Below are positions 32,569-42,510 of a stretch of 64,000 nucleotides of DNA, piece by piece. Source of the stretch: an uncultured Phycisphaerales bacterium (GTDB lineage: Bacteria > Planctomycetota > Phycisphaerae > Tepidisphaerales > Tepidisphaeraceae); contig CAVWVQ010000005.1 in assembly GCA_963758525.1 (NCBI GenBank), forward strand, positions 96,001 through 160,000. Direction: 5' to 3'. The position numbers and the translations under genes are program-made. Below the pieces are notes generated by a model, which saw only the letters and a list, made by a program, of their open reading frames with translations, was not told where the DNA came from and ran no database searches. The first letter of the stretch is position 1. Every line of letters starts with the position of its first letter.

Positions 32569-33891
32569 TCATTTTTCCCCAAATTCCTTCGGTTGTTCGA
32601 TCACCCGCAGGCAAGCCGTCGGCGGTTGAATCGTCGGCAGCGCATCAATGGATTTCAGCGCCGCTCGCACGCCGCCTTCGCTGGCGAGGTGCGTGGTGAT
32701 CACCACCGGAACGTACTGTGAGTCCTGTGTTTCCCGCTGGAGAATCGCCGACAGGCTGATGCCGTGCTGGCCCAGCGCCTGCGCGACCTGCGCCATGACG
32801 CCCGGCACGTCGCGGGCGGTGACCCGCAGGTAATATCGCGATCGTAATTCTTCGATCGGCAGAAGATTGAGCGGCGCCGACGAATCCGGAAATACGCGAA
32901 GGCGTTGAAATGCCAGCGGCGTGACGCCCATCGCGACGCCAACCAGGTCCGCGACTACGGCGCTGGCAGTCGGCATCTGCCCCGCGCCCCGGCCGTAGAA
33001 GAGCGCGTGGCCCAGCGCATGGCCGTACACGCTGATGGCGTTGAAGCTGCCGGAGACTTCCGCCAGCACGTCGTTCTTATGCACCAGCGTCGGATGAACG
33101 CGCAGCGCCAGCTTGCCATTGTCCGACCGCTGCGCGATCGCCAGCAGCTTGATGACGTAGCCCAGTTCGTCGGCAAACTGGATATCGATCGGCTCAATCT
33201 TCGAGATGCCTTCCACGTGGATATCCGACTCGGCGATGCGCGCGTTGAACGCGAGCCCTGCGAGCAGGGCCAGTTTTTGCGCCGCGTCCCGACCGGAGAC
33301 GTCGAGCGTCGGATCGGCCTCGGCAAACCCGAGCCGTTGTGCTTCCTCCAGCGCCTGGCTGTACGACCAGCCGTTGCGCGTCATGCGGGTGAGGATGACG
33401 TTGCAGGTGCCGTTGACGATCCCGACCATCGCGTCGATCCGGTTGGCAATGAGCCCGCGGCTCAACGCATCGATGATGGGAATGCCTCCGCCGCAGCTCG
33501 CCTCGAAGGCGATGCACGCCTTGTGCTTGCGGGCCAGCGCGAAGAGTTCGGGGCCGCGCTGGGCAAGAAGACTTTTGTTGGCGGTGACGACGTGCTTGCC
33601 AAGCTTGAGTGCGCGTTCGACGAGTTCCGCCGCGGCGGTGGTCCCGCCGATCAGCTCGATCACCACCTGCGTTTTGGGATCCTCGATCGCCTTGATCGCG
33701 TCGTCGGTGAGCGGCAGATCCGAATGGCGTGCCCGATGCTTGGCCGCGTCGCGCACGACCACATGCCGGAGCTCGAACCGCAGCCCGGTCCGGCGATGCA
33801 GCAATTCCGCCTGCTCGGCAAGAATCTTCACGACGCCCGATCCGACGACGCCGCAGCCCAGAAGACAGATGCCAGTGGTGGTTCCGCTCAC
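32569..33891 (-). CDS. hom: Homoserine dehydrogenase with C-terminal ACT domain
   Basis: LLGCGVVGSG, HVVTANK, FEASCGGGIPII, GIVNGTCN, GFAEADPTLDVSGRDAAQK, GRGAGQMPTASAVVAD, RDVPGVMA; GTG start. Confidence 0.96.
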   Translation of the reverse strand: MSGTTTGICLLGCGVVGSGVVKILAEQAELLHRRTGLRFELRHVVVRDAAKHRARHSDLPLTDDAIKAIEDPKTQVVIELIGGTTAAAELVERALKLGKHVVTANKSLLAQRGPELFALARKHKACIAFEASCGGGIPIIDALSRGLIANRIDAMVGIVNGTCNVILTRMTRNGWSYSQALEEAQRLGFAEADPTLDVSGRDAAQKLALLAGLAFNARIAESDIHVEGISKIEPIDIQFADELGYVIKLLAIAQRSDNGKLALRVHPTLVHKNDVLAEVSGSFNAISVYGHALGHALFYGRGAGQMPTASAVVADLVGVAMGVTPLAFQRLRVFPDSSAPLNLLPIEELRSRYYLRVTARDVPGVMAQVAQALGQHGISLSAILQRETQDSQYVPVVITTHLASEGGVRAALKSIDALPTIQPPTACLRVIEQPKEFGEK

Positions 33892-33985
33892 GCGGGGAAT
33901 GTACGGACGGGGAGCGGGGGGAGCAAGGGAGGGACGTTCGGGAACGGCGTTCGTGAACGCGTCGGAACTCACGGGTCCCAAAGCA

Positions 33986-34051
33986 CCCGGATGAGCCGGG
34001 CTGTCCTCAGCCCGAAAAATCGTGGCGGGGGACGCCCCGGCTCATCCAGGG
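33986..34051. repeat. Inverted repeat upstream of a TA module
   Basis: CCCGGATGAGCCGGGCTGTCC ... GGACGCCCCGGCTCATCCAGGG. Confidence 0.75.
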
Positions 34052-34135
34052 CTGCGCAGCATACTCGATTCTCCGGACCTCTGGACATCCGAATTCCCTT
34101 TGCCGGCGCACCGCGACCCGGGTAGAATTCAGGCA

Positions 34136-34369
34136 ATGACAATGACCAAAGAGCAGCTCAGATCCGCGGCCTTGCAGCTGGATCCTTCTGATCGTGAAGC
34201 ATTGGCAGAAGAGTTGCTGCTGAGCATTGATGGCGAGCAGAGCTCCGCGATTGATTCGGCGTGGTTGGAGGAAGTGCGTCGTCGGGATGAAGCCTTCATC
34301 GCTGGTCGCACATCCGCCAGACCCGTGGGTGAAGTTATCGAGCGACTCAATTCCAAGGCTCGTCAGTGA
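34136..34369 (+). CDS. Putative addiction-module antitoxin (TIGR02574-like)
   Basis: ALQLDPSDREALAEELLLSI...IDSAWLEEVRRRDEA; GTGA overlap with the toxin gene. Confidence 0.85.
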   Translation: MTMTKEQLRSAALQLDPSDREALAEELLLSIDGEQSSAIDSAWLEEVRRRDEAFIAGRTSARPVGEVIERLNSKARQ

Positions 34370-34669
34370 CCGCCGCCATTCTCCCGGAGGCTGAAGCAGA
34401 GCTCGAACAGGCGTTTGATTATTATCAGGAAAGGCAAAATGGGCTTGGCACAGATTTAGTCGATGAATTCCGCAGCGCGCTGGATCGAATCCTTGAGAAT
34501 CCGAGTGCTTGGCAGAAGCTGAGCGATGTCTACCGGCGTTACCGACTTCACCGGTTTCCGTATGGAATCGTTTATCGCCAAGCGATCGACACCGCCCGCG
34601 TTCTGATCGTCGCGGTAAATGCACCTCAGCAAAAGGCCCGGATACTGGCGCAGACGGGATCGCGGCTGA
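34366..34669 (+). CDS. RelE/ParE family toxin, apparent +1 indel near 34618
   Basis: PEAEAELEQAFDYY...GLG..FRSALDRI..NP...RRYRLHRFPYGIVY...LIVAV; the alternate frame restores the family-typical end MHLSKRPGYWRRR (stop 34669). Confidence 0.87.
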
Positions 34670-34747
34670 GACAGTGCGGTTTTCCCCTCAGTTCCGCAGC
34701 TTAATCCCGAAGCGCAGCGATACCAGCGTAGTGTCGGGGGACGGGGA

Positions 34748-34836
34748 ACCGAGGGTGCAAGCACCACTCGGCGTTCGGGGATGTTTGTCAGCGCACAGCC
34801 TGAAGGTGAACGCACAGCGGTGCTTGCACCCTCGGT
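34748..34836. repeat. 18-bp perfect inverted repeat downstream of the TA module
   Basis: ACCGAGGGTGCAAGCACC (34748-34765) / GGTGCTTGCACCCTCGGT (34819-34836). Confidence 0.9.
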
Positions 34837-34882
34837 CTCCCTCTGGTCCGATCGCGCGTCACAGCTTATAAGCGGGGGCCGA

Positions 34883-37469
34883 TCATGACAGTTGCCACGC
34901 CCTGCGCAGAATCCATTCCGTGGTGAGAAGCACAAGCACCAGCACCCCCTGAATCGGCAAATCCCAGGTCTTCGGCCAAGTCGGATCTTTGCCCAGCAGC
35001 ATCAGGACCGCCCGGGGAAAATCATCGAACGGCAGAAACACCTGCTTGGCGCCGGTGTTGTGACGATCGGTACGGATCAACTCATCGATCAGGCCGGGCA
35101 ACTCGGGCAGATCATATGAAGTGCCGCCGGTGGCGGTGGCGACCGACGCGAGCAACTGCGGGTTCGCGGCGATCTTCAACATCTCCTCGGCTGGCGGGAT
35201 CACGGTGAACTTCAGTTGCTCGTGGCCGAGCGGCTTGCCGTCTTTGCTGGCGGTCAGGTCCATCGTCCACTCGCCTTTGTCGGGATGGGGGATCACCAGC
35301 TCGTACATCCCGGTGTGGGATTGAACCGGATCGAGCGGGAGCGATTGCTCGGGTTTGCCGGGCTGTGAAAGCCTGACGCTGACCTGCGCGTACTGCGTCG
35401 CGTCGCCGCGCTCGTCGCGCACCAGAGCGCGAAGGCGGACGCTTTCGCCCATGTCGTACACGTTTTTGTTGAGCAGGCCTTCGAGGCCGGCGCCGCGCTG
35501 GCGGTTGCGCACGTCCGCGCCCGCGAGCCAGCGGATCAACTGACCCCAAATGCGGTTGTACGGGCTTTCCTGACCGAGGCCGTAGAGCGGGAGAGCCCAC
35601 AGATAGGTCGTGTCGATCGTGAAGGCGGCGGATCGTCCTTTGCCATATCGCTGCACGGCCAGAACGATCTCCGGCTTCCCATCAGGTCCGGCGCGATCGG
35701 GGTGGATTAACAGAACTTCGGCGCCGGTCTTGGCGCCTTGGACGACCACGTTCCCGCGCAGCGGCGGCAGTTCCTTCGCGGGGGTTTTTCCTTCAGAACC
35801 GAAGTAGTCGGTCAGTCCCTGCATCGCGGGATTCACCAAACCTTCGGGCGTCAGCCGGGGGACGAATTGCAGCTTGTCCTGAGGCATGTCGGCGCCGCCG
35901 ACGAGCACGGGCAGCGCACGTTCGATCGGGGTGTTCTGATATTTCCCCGGCCCGAAGCTGTTTTCCCCTCCGATCATCATTATCGCGCCGCCGTCTAGCG
36001 TTCGCTGTTCGATGGCCGCCTGCTGAATCGGCGGGAGAAAGCTGCTGTCGAGATCGCCAAGGAGAACGACGTCGAACTTCTTCCACTCACCGGCGTTACG
36101 CGGCATCTGATGAAACGTCTCGCCGTCAACTGAGCCTGAAGCCGTAAAGCGGTCCCCCTGGATGCGAAGCAGCGTGGCCAGCTCGATGTTGGGATCGCGG
36201 CCCAGCATGCGGTTGAGATCGCGAAATTCCGGGCGGGCACGCCCTTCGATATAGAGCACCTTGATGCGCGGATCGATCGCCAGGCCCTTAAATTCCTGGC
36301 GATTGTCGGCGATGCTGCGCTCGCCGGCGACGGGATCGACCCACACCGCCAGGCGATGCACGCCAACCGTCATCGGCTTGTATGGAAGCGAGACAGTTTG
36401 CCCCTCGGGCGTCGGCTGCAGCACGAGCTTTCGTGAAACCGCAGCGGAGATGGGTTTTCCGCCCGCGTCGACCTCCGCCATCTGCACGTCAATCACTCGG
36501 TTGGGAAGCGCGGTGGACTTGATCGTTGCTTTGACCTGCGACTCATGACCGACAACGAAATCGTCTGAAACATCGATGTCGGTCACCGCAACGTTCGCCA
36601 GATTCGCTGGCTCGGTCTGCTCGGAACCGACGCGCAGCGTATAGACGGGATGCCTCGCTGCGCGAATCGCCTCGACCACATCGGGCGACGTGTTGTCGTT
36701 GCCGTCGCTGATGAGCACGACTGCCGTGTCATCGCGCGTGCTGTAAGACATCGCTTTCAGCACGGCGTTGGCGATATCCGTCGCCTTGCCGTCGGCTCGC
36801 GCCGGCAAGTTCTCTGGGGTCCTTGAGCTCGTCGAGGCCGGTGGAAAAGGTGAAAAATCGCGGCACGAAATGATCGTCAATCCGCGAGAGCTGCGGACTG
36901 AGTGTTTGCCAGACCGACTGAATGCGCGTCGGCCCGTTTTGCGTGTCGGGAAACGACATCGACCCGGAGGTATCGACACAAAATAGCACAGGCCGCTCGG
37001 GGCGCGGCTGTTGCGTGTACCGGCAGCCCGGTTCGAACAGCATCGGCACGGCCGCCGCCAGCGCGGCAACCCGAATCGCCAGAAGCGCGCAGGTTCGTCC
37101 CGCTCCCAGCCGATCCATCAGTTCGAGGTAGAACGTCGCCGCGAGAATCGCCAGGGCGGCAAACGTCCAGAAAAAACCGACGCGCGCCGAATGAATTGCC
37201 GGCACCACGAGCACGACTGCGGTGCCGATCAAGCCGCTGGCTGCCAGACCCAGGGCGATCCACCCGCGGGTTCCCCTTTGCCACAGGGCAGTGAATAACG
37301 CGTATGCTAGCAAGGCGAGGCACGCGGCTCCGCAAACCCAGACCCACAGGTCCCAGTCTGACTGGCGGAGAATGTCGAAAGACCAGTCCTTCAACTCGAA
37401 AACCAGAATGACGAACTCCGAAACCAGAATCAATTGATTCTGGAATTCAGTTTCGTCATTTGGATTCAT
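34883..37469 (-). CDS. Membrane-anchored VWA + glutamine-amidotransferase-like domain protein, apparent frameshift near 36803, start uncertain
   Basis: N-terminal TM helices; VDTSGSM...TD...LISDGNDN MIDAS; KVLYIEGRARPEFR, FDVVLLGD, GGAIMMIGGENSFG, YGKGRS; C-terminal EWILRRAWQL typical of the family. Confidence 0.8.
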
Positions 37470-37506
37470 CCCAACCCCTCCCCACGTCCGATAACACTCG
37501 TTAGCC

Positions 37507-40152
37507 ATGCGAGCGCTCGCGGTCTGCATAGTTGTCACGATCCTGTTTCCGCTGCCTGCGATGGCGCAGCCGGCGCAGGTCACGCGCGTTCTCCGCAAGT
37601 TTGACTTTGAAGAACGGCGGCTGGGAAATGACGAAGACCTGCCGATGCACTGGCTCAAGGTCGTGGGGCCTGGATTGCCGCATTACGTCAACGGCCGATT
37701 CAGCACGGATCGCAAACGCGGCGGCAGGTACAGCTTTCGCTTTGATCTCAACGGCGGGAGTCTTATTTACCGTTATCCCGCCGGGCTGATTCGGGTCCAG
37801 CAGGGGGCGCATTATCGCGTTCAGGCGTTCTGCCAAACGACGATTTTGCCCAACGCTCGCGTGCGCATGACAGCCTATCTGACCGATCTCGACGGTCATC
37901 TGCTGCCCGATACCGTGCGACACTCGGAACTGTATGTCTCAACGCAACCGAATGAGCCGTGGCATCCGCTTGAGGTGGAGTTGTCGGCAAGTGACCCGCG
38001 CGTCGGCTATCTCGTTCTCGAACTCGAGCTGCTGCAGCCGGAGTTCTATCTTCAAAGCACGCTCGGGAAGCGCGCACTCTACGTGCAGGACATTGTTGGC
38101 AGTGCCTGGTTTGACGATGTGACCGTGTCGCAGGTTCCGAGGGTGACGCTGTCAACGGATCATCCGGGCAACATTTTCTGCGCTGGTGAGCCCATGCGAT
38201 TGCGCGTCCAGGTCAGCGATCGCTTTACGGAAGATTTGGAGGGCCAGCTCATTGTCACCGATGCGAACGGGTTGACGGTCTATCAGCACAGCGCCGCGCT
38301 GGATTTGCAGGGCGCCGAGCCCGCGGGGCCGGGGGAAGAGCAAATCTCGCTCCATCTGCCGGACCTGCCGGCGGGGTGGTACAAGGCGTCGCTTGAGATC
38401 AGCAGCCAGGGGCAGCCGTTGGGTGAGCATTCGCTGAACGTGGTGCTGCTGGCCGATGGCGGCGGGCGTGCCGCGCCCGATCCGCGTTTCGGAATCGTCG
38501 CCACCAAGCTCCCCTTCGAGGCCTGGTCAGACCTTCCCGGCATTCTTCCCTATCTCGCTGCCGGTCGCGTCAAGCTCGCGGTCTGGAGCGAGCAAAGAGA
38601 CGTCCAGCAGATGGACCCCGAGGCATTCGACCATCTGCTGGAGAATCTTCAGGAGCTTGGCATCACCCCCACGGCCTGCCTGCTGGCGCTGCCGCCTGCA
38701 GTCGCGCATCAGGTGGGTGGCACCAACTGGCAAAGGATCCTGCAGGTTGACGGCGGCAAGTGGCAGCCGCAGCTTTCCCAACTGATCGCCCGCCATGCGA
38801 ATCATCTCGACCGCTGGCAACTCGGCGACGACGGCTCCGACGTCTTCGTGACCGACCCGCAAATGCGGAAAGTGTACGATGCGGTCTACGGGCAGTTTTC
38901 CCAACTGGTGAGCAATCCCGATCTGGCGATGCCGTGGCCGGCATGGTACGAGCTGCAGGGCAAGCTGCCCGCCACCGTCGCGCTCTCCGTCCCCGGTTCG
39001 GTCCTGCCCTCGCAGATCCCGCTGTACATGCAGGATCTTCGCAACGCACGGGAACATAACTTGTCGCTCAGCATCGAGCTTCTTGATGCAGCGCGTTACG
39101 GGCGCGACGTGCAGATTCGCGATCTGGCGCAGCGCGTGATCTATGCGCTCAGCGCCGGCGCGAGCCGGATTGATCTGCCGCTGCCATTTGCGCCAGAGCG
39201 AAATGGGGACGGATTGGCCCAACAGCCGCTGGAACTGTTGATGATCCAGCGCACGCTGACGATGATCCTCAGCGGCGCGACTTTTCAGGGCCGCGTGCCG
39301 CTGGCCGAAGGCGTCGAAGCATTTCTGTTTGACCGCAATGGGCAGGGCGTGCTTGCGCTCTGGGATCACGCCAGCGGCGGAGGCGTTAAATCGCTGGCGC
39401 TCAACCTCGGGGAGAGCGCCTTGCGCGTCGATCTGTGGGGACACGTCTCGCCAATGTTCCAGGTGGCCGGGGTCAGCAGTGACGTTGCAGTGCCGTTGAG
39501 CGTTGGGCCGGATCCGATCTTTCTCGTCGGCATTGATGGGCCGCAGGCTCAATTGCGCACCACCGTCGCGGTCGATCGTCCGCTGCTCGAATCGAGCTTC
39601 GAGCCGCACGAGCGCCGCCTCCGCTTCACCAACACCTATCACCAGCCCATCTCCGGCTCGTTGAAGCTCAAGGCCCCCAAAGGCTGGACGCTCAATCCTC
39701 CGACCTTCCAATTCGCGCTCAACCCCGGCGAAACGTTCGACCACGAATTCACCATTCAGTTCCCCTACAACAGCTTCGCCGGCGCCAAGACCCTGAACTG
39801 CGAGTTCAACCTGGTGGCTGATCGCAACTCATGCTTCGCCGTTCCCGTCCCGCTGCAACTGGGTCTCTCCGACGTAGGCATGCAATCCCTCGCCTTGCGC
39901 GACGGCAGCGATATTGTGGTTCAGCAGATGATCACGAACTACGGCGACCAGCCGATTAACTACAGCGCCTTCGTGGTCTACCCCGGCCAGCCGCGCCAGG
40001 AACGCATCGTATCCAACCTCAGCCCGGGAGGGACGGTTCTGAAGCGGTACCGATTTGCGAACGTCCCGGCAGAGTCGGATCAGAAGGTGCGGGTGGGTCT
40101 GAAGGAGCTTGAAGGGATGCGGATATTGAATGATGAGGTGGAGATTCGATGA
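37507..40152 (+). CDS. Large secreted hypothetical protein (CBM-like N-terminus, central barrel-like region, Ig-like C-terminus)
   Basis: 881-aa ORF with signal peptide; AWFDDVTVSQ, DPRFGI, LKAPKGW segments; domain calls are by eye only. Confidence 0.7.
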   Translation: MRALAVCIVVTILFPLPAMAQPAQVTRVLRKFDFEERRLGNDEDLPMHWLKVVGPGLPHYVNGRFSTDRKRGGRYSFRFDLNGGSLIYRYPAGLIRVQQGAHYRVQAFCQTTILPNARVRMTAYLTDLDGHLLPDTVRHSELYVSTQPNEPWHPLEVELSASDPRVGYLVLELELLQPEFYLQSTLGKRALYVQDIVGSAWFDDVTVSQVPRVTLSTDHPGNIFCAGEPMRLRVQVSDRFTEDLEGQLIVTDANGLTVYQHSAALDLQGAEPAGPGEEQISLHLPDLPAGWYKASLEISSQGQPLGEHSLNVVLLADGGGRAAPDPRFGIVATKLPFEAWSDLPGILPYLAAGRVKLAVWSEQRDVQQMDPEAFDHLLENLQELGITPTACLLALPPAVAHQVGGTNWQRILQVDGGKWQPQLSQLIARHANHLDRWQLGDDGSDVFVTDPQMRKVYDAVYGQFSQLVSNPDLAMPWPAWYELQGKLPATVALSVPGSVLPSQIPLYMQDLRNAREHNLSLSIELLDAARYGRDVQIRDLAQRVIYALSAGASRIDLPLPFAPERNGDGLAQQPLELLMIQRTLTMILSGATFQGRVPLAEGVEAFLFDRNGQGVLALWDHASGGGVKSLALNLGESALRVDLWGHVSPMFQVAGVSSDVAVPLSVGPDPIFLVGIDGPQAQLRTTVAVDRPLLESSFEPHERRLRFTNTYHQPISGSLKLKAPKGWTLNPPTFQFALNPGETFDHEFTIQFPYNSFAGAKTLNCEFNLVADRNSCFAVPVPLQLGLSDVGMQSLALRDGSDIVVQQMITNYGDQPINYSAFVVYPGQPRQERIVSNLSPGGTVLKRYRFANVPAESDQKVRVGLKELEGMRILNDEVEIR

Positions 40153-40184
40153 GGAGCCAGGAGCCAGGAGCCAGAAGTCAGAAG
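40153..40184 (+). repeat. Heptamer array, left arm flanking the four-helix-bundle gene
   Basis: GGAGCCA GGAGCCA GGAGCCA GAAGTCA GAAG, starting immediately after the upstream stop codon. Confidence 0.9.
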
Positions 40185-40215
40185 AAGCAAGAAATGGCGG
40201 GAAGGAAAAGCATCT

Positions 40216-40574
40216 GTGACGACGAGTCGGACATTTCAGGACTTGCAGGTCTGGCAGAAGGCGCACCGCTGGGTGCTTGACATCTATTTGTTGACAAAAG
40301 GTTTTCCGCGGGAGGAGATGTTCGGGCTGACATCACAGCTTCGACGCGCTGCTGTATCGGTGCCTGCGAACGTTGCGGAGGGCTTCGCGAAGCGGGGACG
40401 CGCGGATAAGGCACGCTTCTTCAACACTGCTCAAGGTTCGCTCGAAGAGTGCCGGTATTATCTGCTGCTCGCACAAGATTTGGACTACGGCACGACCGAG
40501 CAACTGCTCGCAAGCGCCGCGGAGATAAGTCGAATGCTCAGCGCTACGTCCGCGCCGTCCTGTCAAATTCGTAG
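40216..40574 (+). CDS. Four helix bundle protein (23S rRNA IVP / TIGR02436 family), apparent indel near 40542
   Basis: FQDLQVWQKA, FPREEMFGLTSQLRRAAVSVPANVAEG, AQGSLEE, DLDY, EISRML; the alternate frame ends YVRAVLSNS* at 40574, giving about 119 aa. Confidence 0.93.
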
Positions 40575-40590
40575 ATCCTTCCTCTGTTGC

Positions 40591-40618
40591 TGGCTTCTGA
40601 CTCCTGGCTTCTTACTCC
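40591..40618 (-). repeat. Heptamer array, right (inverted) arm flanking the four-helix-bundle gene
   Basis: TGGCTTC TGACTCC TGGCTTC TTACTCC, the reverse complement of GGAGTAA GAAGCCA GGAGTCA GAAGCCA. Confidence 0.9.
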
Positions 40619-40621
40619 TCA

Positions 40622-41715
40622 CTAGAGTATTTCCGTCGCCCGCGGATAGCTTCCCAAAACCGTCAACTGCAAACAGTGCTTCCTTGCCTCGGCAATTGCG
40701 GCGCGCATCTCCGCGTCGTCGGCGTGTCCCTGGGCATCGATGAAGAAATAGTATTCCCAGTTCACCTTCTTGCTCGGACGCTTTTCGATGTCGGTGAGGT
40801 TGATCCCCGTCTCCTTGAAGACATCGAGCACCTCGGCAAGCGCGCCGGGCTTGTGGGCCGTGGTGAACATGATGGCGGTCTTGTCATCGCCCGTCCGGCG
40901 CGCGCCTTCCCGGCCGATGACGAAGAAACGCGTCTCGTTATCCGGATCGTCTTCAATGTTTTCGAACAGAACCCGCAGGCCGTGCAACTGGCCTGCGAGT
41001 CGCGAGCCGATGGCGGCGACGCCGGGGGTCAGCGCGGCCATCTCCGCGGCGGCGCTGCTGCTGGCGGCTGGCTGCACGTCGCGGTCCTTCCCCATCGCGG
41101 CGAGCCATTTGCGGCATTGGCTGAAGATTTCCGGTTTCGAGTGGATGCTGCGAATCTGGTCCCACGGCTCCCGTGCCAGCAGGTAATGGTGAATCGTGAT
41201 CTTCACCTCCGCACAGATCTTCGCCGAGCTGAGCAAAAACGCGTCGAGCGTATCGATCACGCCGCCATGCAGGCTGTTTTCCACCGGCACCAGGCCGTAG
41301 TCGATATGCCCGCGAACGACTTCATCGAACACTGAGGGGATATCAGCCAGTGGAACATGTGTGACGCTCGATCCGAATTTCTGCACGGATGCCGCATGAG
41401 AGAAGGTGCCGCTGGGGCCGAGGAATCCAATCCGCAACGGCTTTTCCAGCGCGAACGAGCCGCTCATCAATTCGCGATAAACGGCTTCCAGACACCGGTC
41501 CGGCAGCGGCCCATGATTCAGGCCGCGCACCTTTTCCAGCACCGTCTTCTCCCGGTCCGGAGAGTAGATCGGCTCATTGTGCTGCTGTTTGATTTTACCG
41601 ATGTCGACGACAACGCGCACCGCGCATTGAGCAGGTCAACAATCTTGCGATCACATTCGTCGATTTGCTTGCGCAGCCCGTCCAGCGATTGCTGCGCGTC
41701 ATCTGATGGAGCCAT
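40622..41715 (-). CDS. pheA: Chorismate mutase / prephenate dehydratase, apparent frameshift near 41620
   Basis: LDGLRKQIDECDRKIVDLLNAR (CM), FLGPSGTFSH, VPVENSLHG, NETRFFVIG, HKPGAL, INLTDIEKRP, EYYFFID, LGSYP. Confidence 0.95.
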
Positions 41716-41835
41716 CCGCAATGTTGTATCGCCAGCGGAGCATGAATCCAACCCGCCGCCGTTGTGGCAGGGCGTTCCGCGCGTCCCGCCCATGCGGATT
41801 GCGCGGAACTTCAGAAGAGCGCTCGATATCAAACA

Positions 41836-42273
41836 TCATCCTCGCCCATAGATGTAATCGCTGAGCGAGTGAATCGTCGCTTCCTGGTGGCTCGCGTGGT
41901 GCGCGTTGAGGTCGCCGATCGAGATCAGTCCGACCAGCCGGCCTTGGTTATTGCAAATTGGCAGGTGGCGAATGCGACGATTTTTCATGATCGCGCCTAC
42001 TTCATCCAGATCCGCATCCGGAGCGCAACAGACCACATCGGACGTCATCACATCGCGCACCAGAATCTCATCGGGCCTGCGCGGATCCGTCACGACGCGC
42101 CGGAGCACGTCGCGCTCGGTGAACATCCCGACGATCCGTTCTTCGTCCATCACCACCAGCGCGCCGATCTTGTATTGGTTCATCCGGTTGATCGCCTCCA
42201 GCGCCGAAAGCGAGGCCTCGATTGTCTGCACCTGCCCGTCCTTGTCGCGCAGAACATCGTAAACGCTTGGCAT
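41836..42273 (-). CDS. CBS domain protein
   Basis: IGALVV...GMFTERDVLRRV, VRDVMT, RIRHLPI...GLISIGDL; AAGGAG SD. Confidence 0.93.
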   Translation of the reverse strand: MPSVYDVLRDKDGQVQTIEASLSALEAINRMNQYKIGALVVMDEERIVGMFTERDVLRRVVTDPRRPDEILVRDVMTSDVVCCAPDADLDEVGAIMKNRRIRHLPICNNQGRLVGLISIGDLNAHHASHQEATIHSLSDYIYGRG

Positions 42274-42413
42274 GCCCGGCTCCTTTCGTATAGGTGTAAT
42301 CCTTCGCCGCCACGGCAGAGCGCGAGGCGACACTCTCACCCTACACAAGGTGATACATGTCAAGCAACATTGTGAAATAAATATCGAGCGAATCGAAGCG
42401 TGATATCCCATTC

Positions 42414-42439
42414 GTAGCCCCGGATGTACATCCAGGGCT
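42414..42439. repeat. REP-like palindrome (GGATGTACATCC family)
   Basis: GTAGCCCCGGATGTACATCCAGGGCT. Confidence 0.85.
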
Positions 42440-42510
42440 CTTTACGCGGGATCGCTATGCTCGAATGAGTCCCGGACGAGACGCGGAACGACGCGCCTTT
42501 CGCAGCGAAA

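Noticed and set aside
40216..40574. Diversity-generating retroelement, since the four-helix bundle is Avd-like
   Set aside because: No reverse transcriptase and no TR/VR pair differing at adenines was seen in the window.
42370..42388. Rex operator upstream of the CBS gene (TTGTGAAATAAATATCGA)
   Set aside because: Only the left half matches TTGTGAA-N4-TTCACAA; the right half matches 3 of 7 positions.
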